DNA of 25,141 nucleotides from a virus (Duplodnaviria; Heunggongvirae; Uroviricota; Caudoviricetes): IMG/VR virus record IMGVR_UViG_2541047778_000011; one strand, 5' to 3'. Shown piece by piece: positions 1 to 8,490 of this stretch (position 1 is its first letter; each line of letters starts with the position of its first letter). The notes under the pieces were generated by a model. It saw only the letters and a program-made list of their open reading frames with translations, ran no database searches and was not told where the DNA came from. The position numbers and the translations under genes were made by a program.

Positions 1-718
1 CTATGCTGTTTTGATATCTACGATAATCCAGTCTTTACCACGATCATCATTGTATCGGTCGGTCATTTTTCTGGATTTATGGCCTAACAACTTTTGCGTA
101 TCCAGACCCTGTTCCCGATATAACCGTTCTGACAGAGATCGCTGCTCATGAAATGTGGGCGCAGTTCCTTGCTCCCATTTTATGCCACATTTTTCCCGGG
201 CCTTTTTAAAAGCCGTTGTCAGAGTATTCGCAGAAACCTGGTCTCCTCTGTTTGCTTGAGAGGTAGTGTGACGGTAATGGACCAGATATTTACTAACAAC
301 AGCATCCCTGCACTGAGATATAACTTCACGAAGGGTAATATTCAGAGCATCGCATTTCAGGTTAAGCGGAATAGCAAGTTTTGAACCGGTTTTTTCCTGA
401 GTAATGTGCAACATGTCGTCCCATATATCAGAGAATTTCAAATTGCAGATATCGCCTAAACGTTGTCCAGTAACAAGAGCAAGTAGCATGCCGCATTTTA
501 AATAGGGCTGCCGTCTGCTTACGCTGTCAAATATTGCCTGCCATTCGGGCAGTGACAATCTTTGGCGGTTTACTCGATTTCGCGGTTGTTTTGTTGCCTG
601 CGCTGGGTTAAATCCTGGCGGAACATGTCCTGCGTGTTGTGCTTCTTTGAAGACGTCGATCAACACCATTCTCACGACTTGCGCCATCCTGTTATGACCT
701 TCAGCCTTTACAGCATCA
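1..718 (-). pseudogene. int: Phage tyrosine integrase, 5'-truncated: C-terminal catalytic portion only (~239 codons), reading frame open up to the IS boundary
   Basis: Minus-strand ORF 1..687 aligns by eye to the lambda Int catalytic domain (LALVTGQRLGD..., ...PTFHEQRSLSERLY..., LLGHKSRKMTDRYNDDRG). The frame stays open upstream to position 718, where the IS begins. About 120 N-terminal residues are missing. Stop codon at 1..3. Confidence 0.85.
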
Positions 719-772
719 TGAACCGCCCCGGGAATCCTGGAGACTAAACTTCCTGAGAAAGAGGTAAACAGG

Positions 773-1099
773 ATGACTAAAAATACTCGTTTTTCCCCCG
801 AAGTCCGTCAACGGGCAGTCCGTATGGTTCTGGAAAGTCAGAGCGAATATGACTCACAATGGGCGACAATTTGTTCCATTGCTCCAAAGATTGGCTGTAC
901 GCCGGAGACTCTGCGTGTCTGGGTTCGCCAGCATGAGCGGGATACCGGGGGCGGTGATGGAGGGCTCACCACCGCTGAACGTCAGCGTCTGAAAGAGCTG
1001 GAACGTGAAAATCGTGAACTGCGCCGCAGTAACGATATCCTTCGCCAGGCTTCCGCTTATTTTGCGAAGGCGGAGTTCGACCGCCTCTGGAAAAAATGA
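773..1099 (+). CDS. IS3-family transposase OrfA (HTH / leucine-zipper part)
   Basis: 108-aa [25 protein letters not shown]... typical of IS3-family OrfA (recalled as IS629/IS1203-like). It ends in an A6 run that overlaps the orfB start. Confidence 0.9.
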   Translation: MTKNTRFSPEVRQRAVRMVLESQSEYDSQWATICSIAPKIGCTPETLRVWVRQHERDTGGGDGGLTTAERQRLKELERENRELRRSNDILRQASAYFAKAEFDRLWKK

Positions 1100-1986
1100 T
1101 GCCACTGCTGGATAAGCTGCGTGAGCAGTACGGGGTCGGACCGCTATGCAGCGAACTGCATATTGCCCCGTCAACGTATTACCACTGTCAGCAACAGCGA
1201 CATCATCCGGATAAACGCAGTGCCCGTGCGCAGCGCGATGACTGGCTGAAGAAAGAGATACAGCGCGTATACGATGAAAATCACAAGGTATACGGTGTGC
1301 GTAAAGTCTGGCGTCAGTTGTTACGGGAAGGTATCAGAGTGGCCAGATGCACTGTGGCACGTCTCATGGCGGTTATGGGACTTGCCGGTGTTCTCCGGGG
1401 TAAAAAGGTCCGTACGACCATCAGCCGGAAAGCCGTTGCCGCAGGCGACCGCGTAAACCGTCAGTTCGTGGCAGAACGACCTGACCAGCTGTGGGTGGCT
1501 GATTTTACTTACGTCAGCACATGGCGGGGCTTCGTCTATGTGGCGTTCATCATTGATGTGTTTGCCGGATACATCGTGGGGTGGCGGGTCTCATCGTCCA
1601 TGGAAACGACATTCGTGCTGGATGCACTGGAGCAGGCGTTATGGGCCCGTCGACCGTCCGGCACGGTCCATCACAGTGATAAAGGTTCTCAGTATGTATC
1701 GCTGGCCTACACACAGCGGCTTAAGGAAGCCGGATTACTGGCATCAACAGGAAGTACAGGCGACTCGTATGACAACGCGATGGCGGAGAGCATCAATGGT
1801 CTTTACAAAGCGGAGGTAATACACCGTAAGAGCTGGAAAAACCGTGCAGAAGTGGAACTGGCCACACTCACGTGGGTGGACTGGTATAACAATCGACGAT
1901 TGCTGGAAAGGCTGGGCCATACTCCTCCGGCAGAAGCAGAAAAAGCTTATTATGCTTCCATCGGAAACGATGATCTGGCAGCCTGA
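1096..1986 (+). CDS. IS3-family transposase OrfB (DDE catalytic core), probably made as an OrfAB fusion by -1 frameshift at the A6 run 1091..1096
   Basis: 296-aa ORF in the -1 frame relative to orfA, with a DD(35)E-type integrase core (...[24 protein letters not shown]..., ...HSDKGSQY..., ...[16 protein letters not shown]...). Confidence 0.9.
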   Translation: MMPLLDKLREQYGVGPLCSELHIAPSTYYHCQQQRHHPDKRSARAQRDDWLKKEIQRVYDENHKVYGVRKVWRQLLREGIRVARCTVARLMAVMGLAGVLRGKKVRTTISRKAVAAGDRVNRQFVAERPDQLWVADFTYVSTWRGFVYVAFIIDVFAGYIVGWRVSSSMETTFVLDALEQALWARRPSGTVHHSDKGSQYVSLAYTQRLKEAGLLASTGSTGDSYDNAMAESINGLYKAEVIHRKSWKNRAEVELATLTWVDWYNNRRLLERLGHTPPAEAEKAYYASIGNDDLAA

Positions 1987-2028
1987 GTTCACAGATAAAA
2001 CACTCTCCAGGAAACCCGGGGCGGTTCA

Positions 2029-2439
2029 CCGGCACATCAGCAAAACGCTATTCACGCAGTACAGCAAATCCTTCCAGACCCAACCAAACCAATCGTAGTA
2101 ACCATTCAGGAACGCAACCGCAGCTTAGACCAAAACAGGAAGCTATGGGCCTGCTTAGGTGACGTCTCTCGTCAGGTTGAATGGCATGGTCGCTGGCTGG
2201 ATGCAGAAAGCTGGAAGTGTGTGTTTACCGCAGCATTAAAGCAGCAGGATGTTGTTCCTAACCTTGCCGGGAATGGCTTTGTGGTAATAGGCCAGTCAAC
2301 CAGCAGGATGCGTGTAAGCGAATTTGCGGAGCTATTAGAGCTTATACAGGCATTCGGTACAGAGCGTGGCGTTAAGTGGTCAGACGAAGCGCGACTGGCT
2401 CTCGAATGGAAAGCGCGATGGGGAGATCGGGCTGCATGA
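2029..2439 (+). pseudogene. ninB: NinB (Orf-family recombination mediator), 5'-truncated by the IS629 junction; first ~10 codons missing
   Basis: Frame-1 translation directly after the IS right end reads PAHQQNAIHAVQQILPDPTKPIVVTIQERNRSLDQNRKLWACLGDV...[11 protein letters not shown], matching lambda NinB from about residue 11. There is no start codon at the junction. Confidence 0.8.
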
Positions 2440-2963
2440 CTATCAAATCAAATACGCCAGCACACGACAAGGACTGCTGGCAAACGCCGCTTTGGCTTTT
2501 TGATGCACTGGATATTGAGTTTGGATTCTGGCTGGATTCGGCAGCGAGCGACAAAAATGCTCTGTGCGCTCACTGGCTAACTGAGGACGACGACGCGCTC
2601 AATTCTGAGTGGGTAAGCCACGGTGCAATCTGGAATAACCCACCGTACAGCAATATCAGGCCGTGGGTGGAAAAAGCCGCTGAGCAGTGTATACAACAGC
2701 GACAGACGGTAGTGATGCTTGTGCCAGAGGATATGTCTGTCGGATGGTTCAGCAAGGCTCTGGAGAGTGTTGACGAAGTTCGTATTATCACTGATGGACG
2801 GATTAATTTTATCGAACCATCGACAGGGCTGGAGAAGAAGGGAAACAGCAAAGGCTCCATGCTGCTGATTTGGCGACCGTTCATCAGTCCTCGACGGATG
2901 TTTACTACCGTATCCAAAGCGGCATTGATGGCGATCGGGCAGGGCGTCAGGAGGGCTGCATGA
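2436..2963 (+). CDS. DNA N6-adenine methyltransferase (phage orphan Dam-like)
   Basis: Start ATG overlaps the ninB stop (ATGA). NPPY motif present ([10 protein letters not shown]). About 175 aa, the usual size and position for nin-region methylases of lambdoid and Stx phages. Confidence 0.8.
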   Translation: MTIKSNTPAHDKDCWQTPLWLFDALDIEFGFWLDSAASDKNALCAHWLTEDDDALNSEWVSHGAIWNNPPYSNIRPWVEKAAEQCIQQRQTVVMLVPEDMSVGWFSKALESVDEVRIITDGRINFIEPSTGLEKKGNSKGSMLLIWRPFISPRRMFTTVSKAALMAIGQGVRRAA

Positions 2964-3136
2964 GACGACAGCGACGAAGCATCACCGACATAATCTGCGA
3001 AAACTGCAAATACCTTCCAACGAAACGCTCCAGAAATAAACGCAAGCTAATCCCAAAAGAATCTGACGTAAAAACCTTCAATTACACAGCCCACCTGTGG
3101 GATATCCGGTGGCTAAGATATCGTGCGAGGAAATGA
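2960..3136 (+). CDS. ninE: NinE
   Basis: 58-aa product [29 protein letters not shown]...[12 protein letters not shown] matches lambda NinE. Start overlaps the methylase stop. Confidence 0.8.
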   Translation: MRRQRRSITDIICENCKYLPTKRSRNKRKLIPKESDVKTFNYTAHLWDIRWLRYRARK

Positions 3137-3480
3137 CAATGGATTATTCACAGTTAAGTGATTTTGAAATTAACAGAATGGTAGGAGACATAATTTTTAA
3201 AGGCCTTTGGGCAAGTAAACCGGAAACATCAGGGAATAACACCAACAAATGGTATTACGGAAATGCTGATACAACTTTTGAGCCATTAAATCATTTGCCT
3301 GACTACTGCAATGATCCGAGCGCTTCATGGCCGATTATTGAGAAATACAGGATTTCTATCTTAGACCAGTTAACTGAATGGTGTGTGGATGCAAAAGGCG
3401 TAAGCCCAATATTTGATACCAGACCTCTCCGCGCCGCCATGATTGTCTTTCTCCTGATGCAGGAGGCCAATAATGCTTAG
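3133..3480 (+). CDS. nin-region hypothetical protein (~115 aa), possibly NinX-like
   Basis: ORF with ATGA start/stop overlap to ninE (alternative start at 3139). Product [26 protein letters not shown]... has no motif I can assign. Position matches the P22/lambdoid ninX slot. From memory only. Confidence 0.5.
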   Translation: MTMDYSQLSDFEINRMVGDIIFKGLWASKPETSGNNTNKWYYGNADTTFEPLNHLPDYCNDPSASWPIIEKYRISILDQLTEWCVDAKGVSPIFDTRPLRAAMIVFLLMQEANNA

Positions 3481-3690
3481 CCCATCTCAATCCCTTCAAT
3501 ACCTGAAAGAAAGCATAGAGCGGGCTTCAATGTGCACAGAGTGGATTCTATCTAGGTTTAGCGCATACAGAAGATTGCCGGTAAAGGGCATGCCAAGCAA
3601 GTCGATGCTGCATATGCAAAAGAATGCGCGCTGGAAGGTATGGCGAGAACACAGGTTATGTGGCTGAAAGAGGGGGTTATTAAGGCGTGA
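3473..3690 (+). pseudogene. Chimeric remnant: NinF-like N-terminus (frame 1) followed out of frame by a C-terminal fragment resembling DLP12 YbcO (DUF1364)
   Basis: Frame-1 ORF begins [18 protein letters not shown] (same as the NinF N-terminus) and then diverges into low-complexity sequence. Frame 2 over 3562..3690 reads ...[32 protein letters not shown] without a start codon and ends 1 nt into the rusA GTG start. Confidence 0.35.
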
Positions 3691-4049
3691 ATACCTACAG
3701 CATCACATTACCCTGGCCTCCGAGCAATAATCGCTATTACCGCCATAATCGCGGGCGCACGCACGTCAGCGCAGAGGGGCAGGCATACCGCGATAACGTC
3801 GCCCGAATCATTAAAAACGCAATGCTGGATATCGGCCTGGCTATGCCTGTGAAAATCCGCATTGAGTGCCACATGCCGGATCGCCGTCGCCGTGACCTGG
3901 ATAATCTGCAAAAAGCCGCTTTTGACGCACTCACTAAAGCAGGTTTCTGGCTGGATGATGCTCAGGTCGTTGATTACCGCGTTGTGAAGATGCCTGTTAC
4001 CAAAGGTGGGAGGCTGGAACTGACCATCACCGAAATGGGGAATGAATGA
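3687..4049 (+). CDS. rusA: RusA Holliday junction resolvase (crossover junction endodeoxyribonuclease)
   Basis: 120-aa product [37 protein letters not shown]... recalled as essentially identical to the E. coli DLP12 prophage RusA. GTG start. Confidence 0.9.
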   Translation: MNTYSITLPWPPSNNRYYRHNRGRTHVSAEGQAYRDNVARIIKNAMLDIGLAMPVKIRIECHMPDRRRRDLDNLQKAAFDALTKAGFWLDDAQVVDYRVVKMPVTKGGRLELTITEMGNE

Positions 4050-4186
4050 TGTTTGAGTTTAATATGGCAGAACTTCTTCGCCACCGCTGGGGGCGTCTGC
4101 GCTTATATCGTTTCCTCGGTTCTGTTTTGACCGATTACCGAATACTGAAGAATTACGCCAAAACCCTGACAGGAACAGGAGTATGA
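4046..4186 (+). CDS. ylcG: Small 46-aa ORF, ylcG-like (uncharacterised prophage peptide)
   Basis: Not in the ORF track (under 60 aa). ATGATG start overlaps the rusA stop. Translation [46 protein letters not shown]. Same rusA-ylcG-Q position as in DLP12. Confidence 0.5.
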   Translation: MMFEFNMAELLRHRWGRLRLYRFLGSVLTDYRILKNYAKTLTGTGV

Positions 4187-4271
4187 AGTCAGAGATAACA
4201 ATCAACTAATACTGTTTTGTTGATTTTTGCTTGTAATTGGCGTTCTGGTCTGATTTTTGTGGAGTAAGTTG

Positions 4272-4655
4272 ATGCGTGATATTCAGATGGTTCTTGAGCG
4301 TTGGGGTGCGTGGGCGGCTAATAATCATGAAGATGTGACCTGGTCGTCCATTGCCGCCGGTTTTAAGGGATTAATTCCTTCAAAAGTAAAATCTCGCCCG
4401 CAATGTTGTGACGATGACGCGATGATCATTTGCGGGTGCATGGCCCGTCTGAAAAAGAACAACAGCGATTTACACGATTTATTAGTAGATTATTATGTAT
4501 GTGGTATGACATTCATGTCACTGGCAAGTAAGCATTGCTGCTCGGATGGTTATATCGGGAAAAGGTTACAGAAGGCTGAGGGCATAATTGAAGGGATGTT
4601 AATGGCATTAGATATCCGGTTAGATATGGATATCGTTGCTAATAATTCTAATTGA
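4272..4655 (+). CDS. quuD: Late-gene antiterminator Q (DLP12 QuuD-like)
   Basis: 127-aa product [26 protein letters not shown]... with a Cys-rich zinc-binding region ([16 protein letters not shown]). GGAG ribosome-binding site 7 nt upstream of the ATG at 4272. The ORF-track start at 4257 is a TTG. Confidence 0.88.
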   Translation: MRDIQMVLERWGAWAANNHEDVTWSSIAAGFKGLIPSKVKSRPQCCDDDAMIICGCMARLKKNNSDLHDLLVDYYVCGMTFMSLASKHCCSDGYIGKRLQKAEGIIEGMLMALDIRLDMDIVANNSN

Positions 4656-4681
4656 TATGCAATTGTTTACTAAAAGTTATT

Positions 4682-4705
4682 AAAAATGGGGCGTGGAAAC
4701 GCCCC
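4682..4705 (-). terminator. Putative rho-independent terminator for the minus-strand porin gene
   Basis: Hairpin GGGGCGT-GGAA-ACGCCCC (4688..4705). On the minus strand it is followed by AUUUUUA (plus-strand A-run 4682..4686). Lies about 140 nt downstream of the porin stop. Confidence 0.4.
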
Positions 4706-4792
4706 CAAAATAAAGGGTAATATATAACAGAAGGTTTATATAGTAAGAAGCAAGGTAGTGCTTCTAAAGGAAGTGGCTTGAGGGCTCCACTT

Positions 4793-4832
4793 ATATGTTG
4801 CGGAGGCAAAGCCTCCCGCAACATATCTTTTT
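4793..4832 (+). terminator. Putative rho-independent terminator on the + strand downstream of Q (candidate tR'-like terminator of the short late leader RNA)
   Basis: Long stem ATATGTTGCGGAGG / CCTCCCGCAACATAT with a CAAAG loop and one bulged C, followed by ATATCTTTTT. Sits 140 to 180 nt after the Q stop and just before the porin stop on the opposite strand. Confidence 0.5.
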
Positions 4833-4843
4833 CGTAAGTCAGA

Positions 4844-5926
4844 TTAGAACTGATAAACCAGACCTACAGCGACGATGTCGTCGGTATCAATACCAGCTGT
4901 TTTGGTAAACTTACTATCGTCAATTAAGTTGATTTTGTAATCAACAAAAGTGGACATGTTTTTATTAAAGTAGTAAGTAGCACCGACATCGACATACTTG
5001 ACTAAGTCTCGGTCACCATGAACACCAAGGTCTTTACCTTTTGACTGAAGGTAAGCAACAGATGGACGCAGACCGAAGTCAAACTGATATTGTGCTACTG
5101 CTTCAAAGTTTTGTGCTTTGTTTGCAATATGGTTATTACCAAAAACGGTCATATTCTGAGTTTCAGAATATGTGGTAGCCAGATAGATATTGTTCGCATC
5201 ATATTTCAGGCCTGCAGCCCATACTTCCGCATTTTTGCCGGAGGCATTGAATTTGCTCTTACCATAGGCGACCTGACCGTCAGTGCGATCTGATTTAGCA
5301 TAGGTTGCACCCACGCCGAATCCTTCATACTCATAAGTAGTGGAGAAACCGAAACCATCACCATTGGCTTCAGTTACGTCAGTGCGGTCATTTTTACCCT
5401 GATACTGAGCAGCAAAGTTCAGGCCATCGACCAGACCAAAGAAGTCGTTGTTACGATAAGTTGCAACACCAGTAGTGCGACCAGTCATGAACACATCTGT
5501 TTGGGTCCAGGTATCACCACCGAATTCTGGCAGAACGTCAGTCCACGCACCGATGTCGTATGCTACACCGTAGTTACGGCCGTAATCGATTGAGCCGTAA
5601 TCACCAAATTTCAGGCCTGCAAATGCAAGACGGGTTTTGTCTTTGGAAGAACCTTGAGATTCAGCACGGTTGCCTTTGAATTCATATTCCCACTGACCGA
5701 AACCAGTCAGTTGATCGTTGATTTGGGTTTCACCTTTGAAGCCAAGACGGGCATAAGTAGTATCACCATCATCTGCATCATTAGAGGAGAAGTAGTGCTT
5801 GGCATTAACTTTCCCGTATAGATCCAGCTTGTTACTGTCTTTATTATAAATTTCAGCTGCCTGAGCAGACATCGCCATCAGTACTGATGCAGCTACAGCA
5901 GAAATTGCCACTGTTAATTTTTTCAT
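4844..5926 (-). CDS. nmpC: OmpC/OmpF-family general porin (NmpC/OmpD-like), intact, with signal peptide
   Basis: 360-aa product from [39 protein letters not shown]... ending in the beta-barrel C-terminal motif ...[14 protein letters not shown] ribosome-binding site upstream of the ATG at 5926. The ORF-track N-terminal extension to 5986 is unlikely to be real. Confidence 0.9.
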   Translation of the reverse strand: MKKLTVAISAVAASVLMAMSAQAAEIYNKDSNKLDLYGKVNAKHYFSSNDADDGDTTYARLGFKGETQINDQLTGFGQWEYEFKGNRAESQGSSKDKTRLAFAGLKFGDYGSIDYGRNYGVAYDIGAWTDVLPEFGGDTWTQTDVFMTGRTTGVATYRNNDFFGLVDGLNFAAQYQGKNDRTDVTEANGDGFGFSTTYEYEGFGVGATYAKSDRTDGQVAYGKSKFNASGKNAEVWAAGLKYDANNIYLATTYSETQNMTVFGNNHIANKAQNFEAVAQYQFDFGLRPSVAYLQSKGKDLGVHGDRDLVKYVDVGATYYFNKNMSTFVDYKINLIDDSKFTKTAGIDTDDIVAVGLVYQF

Positions 5927-6352
5927 TGTACGCCCTTTTTTTGAACTATTATTAAAAAATGATGTCACTGCGCGATAAATATTCATCTAATCAATGTGAT
6001 TATTTCAAGATGTAAGTTTTAGTTTCTCATTTAATTTGTGAAGTAGATCTCTATTTTTATCTGAACCTTTTCTATCTAATCCTATTCATGGCTCTTGTCT
6101 GAACAAAAATAAATCTATTAGCTAATTTATATTAATGGCACTTATTTATAAGTGCTCTATAATTCTTTAGCTTAATTTAAACAAACTAAAAATAACATCG
6201 GAAATTATTAACTGGTTATTTGTTGAAGTTTTCTTATGCATTTGTGGTGGTGTTTTGAACACTCGGTGGCATTCTCACAAATATCATTTAGTAGTTTACG
6301 TACGTAAAAAATTGGTTATGCTGTTAAGAGTGGTTACTTCGTCACACAGCTT

Positions 6353-6386
6353 AAACCCGCCGTCGAGCGGGTTTTTCCATTTTTTG
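6353..6386 (+). terminator. Rho-independent terminator about 130 nt upstream of the holin start (second candidate tR')
   Basis: Hairpin AAACCCGC-CGTCGA-GCGGGTTT followed by TTCCATTTTTTG. Confidence 0.55.
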
Positions 6387-6514
6387 AGTCTCGATATTAG
6401 CTGATAACCCAATACCTGAGTTATTCACTGACTCCGAATCTGTTACGTTTCTGCCTTTATTGCGATACGTAGTATCCCCTTAATTTACACCCGCTTTGTC
6501 TGCGAGGTGGGGTT

Positions 6515-6730
6515 ATGAAATCCATGGATAAGTTAACAACGGGTGTCGCCTATGGTACCTCAGCAGGTAGTGCCGGGTACTGGTTTTTACAGTTGCTCGA
6601 TAAAGTCACGCCCTCACAGTGGGCGGCAATAGGTGTGCTGGGTAGCCTGGTATTTGGCCTGCTGACGTACCTGACAAACCTTTATTTCAAGATTAAAGAA
6701 GATAAGCGCAAGGCTGCGAGAGGTGAATAA
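6515..6730 (+). CDS. S: Class II holin (pinholin), phage 21 S21 type, with dual-start motif
   Basis: 71-aa product [71 protein letters not shown]. Met1-Lys-Ser-Met4 dual start; two transmembrane segments. Confidence 0.9.
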
Positions 6731-7227
6731 TGCCTCCATCATTACGAAAAGCCGTTGCTGCTGCTATTGGTGGCGGAGCAATTGCTATAGCATCAGTGTT
6801 AATCACTGGCCCAAGTGGTAACGATGGTCTGGAAGGTGTCAGCTACATACCATACAAAGATATTGTTGGTGTATGGACTGTATGTCACGGGCATACAGGA
6901 AAAGACATCATGCTCGGTAAAACGTATACCAAAGCAGAATGCAAAGCCCTCCTGAATAAAGACCTTGCCACGGTCGCCAGACAAATTAACCCGTACATCA
7001 AAGTCGATATACCGGAAACAATGCGCGGCGCTCTTTACTCATTCGTTTACAACGTGGGTGCTGGCAATTTCAGAACATCGACGCTTCTTCGCAAAATAAA
7101 CCAGGGCGATATCAAAGGCGCATGTGATCAGCTACGTCGCTGGACATATGCTGGCGGTAAGCAATGGAAAGGTCTCATGACTCGTCGTGAGATTGAGCGT
7201 GAAATCTGTTTGTGGGGTCAGCAATGA
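6730..7227 (+). CDS. R: SAR endolysin (signal-anchor-release lysozyme, R21 type)
   Basis: 165-aa product with an N-terminal Gly/Ala-rich SAR domain ([24 protein letters not shown]) followed by a T4-lysozyme-like catalytic region (E..D..T). Start overlaps the holin stop (TAATG). Confidence 0.9.
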   Translation: MPPSLRKAVAAAIGGGAIAIASVLITGPSGNDGLEGVSYIPYKDIVGVWTVCHGHTGKDIMLGKTYTKAECKALLNKDLATVARQINPYIKVDIPETMRGALYSFVYNVGAGNFRTSTLLRKINQGDIKGACDQLRRWTYAGGKQWKGLMTRREIEREICLWGQQ

Positions 7228-7685
7228 ACAGAGTAACCGCGATTATCTCCGCTCTGGTTATCTGCATCATCGTCTGCCTGTCATGGGCTGTTAATCATTA
7301 CCGTGATAACGCCATTACCTACAAAGCCCAGCGCGACAAAAATGCCAGAGAACTGACGCTGGCGAACGCGGTAATTACTGACATACAGATGCGTCAGCGT
7401 GATGTTGCTGCGCTCGATGCAAAATACACGAAGGAGTTAGCTGATGCGAAAGCTGAAAATGATGCTCTGCGTGATGATGTTGCCGCTGGTCGTCGTCGGT
7501 TGCACATCAAAGCAGTCTGTCAGTCAGTGCGTGAAGCCACCACCGCCTCCGGCGTGGATAATGCAGCCTCCCCCCGACTGGCAGACACCGCTGAACGGGA
7601 TTATTTCACCCTCAGAGAGAGGCTGATCACTATGCAAAAACAACTGGAAGGAACCCAGAAGTATATTAATGAGCAGTGCAGATAG
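7224..7685 (+). CDS. Rz: Rz inner-membrane spanin (i-spanin)
   Basis: 153-aa product [29 protein letters not shown]..., nearly identical to lambda Rz as recalled. Start overlaps the R stop (ATGA). Confidence 0.9.
   Translation: MNRVTAIISALVICIIVCLSWAVNHYRDNAITYKAQRDKNARELTLANAVITDIQMRQRDVAALDAKYTKELADAKAENDALRDDVAAGRRRLHIKAVCQSVREATTASGVDNAASPRLADTAERDYFTLRERLITMQKQLEGTQKYINEQCR
7444..7626 (+). CDS. Rz1: Rz1 outer-membrane lipoprotein spanin (o-spanin), fully embedded in Rz in the +1 frame
   Basis: 60-aa [27 protein letters not shown]... with a lipobox (VVGC) and a proline-rich mature region ([15 protein letters not shown]). Confidence 0.85.
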   Translation: MRKLKMMLCVMMLPLVVVGCTSKQSVSQCVKPPPPPAWIMQPPPDWQTPLNGIISPSERG

Positions 7686-7716
7686 AGCTGCCCATATCGA
7701 TGGGCAACTCATGCAA

Positions 7717-8010
7717 TTATTGTGAGCAATACACACGCGCTTCCAGCGGAGTATAAATGCCTAAAGTAATAAAACCGAGCAATCCATTTACGAATGTTTG
7801 CTGGGTTTCTGTTTTAACAACATTTTCTGCACCACCACAAATTTTTGCTGCATCGACAGTTTTCTTCTGCCCAATTCCCGAAACGAAGAAATGATGGGTG
7901 ATGGTTTCCTTTGGTGTTACTGCTGTAGGTTTGTTTCCAACAGTAAACGTCTGTTGAGCACATCCTGTAATAAGCATTGCCAGAGCGGCAGAAAACAACA
8001 TTTTTTTCAT
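7717..8010 (-). CDS. bor: Bor outer-membrane lipoprotein (serum-resistance moron)
   Basis: 97-aa product MKKMLFSAALAMLITGCAQQTFTV...TPLEARVYCSQ matches lambda Bor. Lipobox ITGC. The ORF-track upstream extension was ignored. Confidence 0.9.
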   Translation of the reverse strand: MKKMLFSAALAMLITGCAQQTFTVGNKPTAVTPKETITHHFFVSGIGQKKTVDAAKICGGAENVVKTETQQTFVNGLLGFITLGIYTPLEARVYCSQ

Positions 8011-8490
8011 CTTATTATCCTGCATTGTTAAAAACGGCAGAATCCTATGTGACAACAATTAAACGATAGTTAAATGGATTGATGAAAATTAAAACTACAC
8101 AGGTGGGCTCAGACTATTGGAGGAAGTTGGGGACACTCAGAATCCTGTGGAATGAAATAAACCGGTCTATCCGTCCATTACCCTTTTAGCTGCGCTGTAT
8201 CGTCGCCGTATTCCCGCATTAACCATGACCGTAGCCCGACGGGGAATTCCTTCTGCGTGAGTGTGCGGGAATAATTAAAAACGATGCACACCGGGTTTTT
8301 ACCGCGTTAATGATTCGCGGGTTTATCCCGGTGCGATGGTGGAAGAAACAGGAAGCTGTATTACAGAAAGTGCTACTACTGTATCCCGATGCGATGTATG
8401 TAATGTGAGTCAGATAATGGCACAGGATGTGGTGATGTGGCAGTCTGGAACACAGGATATATTGTCAGAATAAGACCCGTAGGAATAAAA

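Larger units (their letters stand above)
719..2028 (+). mobile_element. IS3-family insertion sequence, IS629-like, 1310 bp, with imperfect terminal inverted repeats
   Basis: Left end TGAACCGCCCCGGGAATCCTGGAGA (719..) and right end reverse complement TGAACCGCCCCGGGTTTCCTGGAGAG (..2028) give TG...CA termini. Length is exactly 1310 bp. It carries orfA/orfB with -1 frame overlap. Flanks (tca | ccg) are not a target-site duplication. Confidence 0.9.

Noticed and set aside
148-747. Plus-strand ORFs of 78 and 61 aa within and next to the integrase fragment
   Set aside because: Antisense to the integrase catalytic domain or reading into the IS terminal repeat. No support.
1844-2098. 84-aa ORF crossing the right IS boundary
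   Set aside because: It reads across the IS inverted repeat into ninB in the wrong frame. Artefact of the junction.
5927-5986. 20-codon N-terminal extension of the porin ORF ([20 protein letters not shown])
   Set aside because: The canonical signal peptide begins at MKKLTVAIS with its own ribosome-binding site. The extension is just the upstream open frame.
4656-6514. tRNA genes between Q and the lysis genes, as found in some Stx-type lambdoid phages
   Set aside because: I found no T-loop (GGTTCGANTCC-like) or cloverleaf-compatible segment by eye. The interval is taken up by the porin gene and AT-rich promoter DNA.
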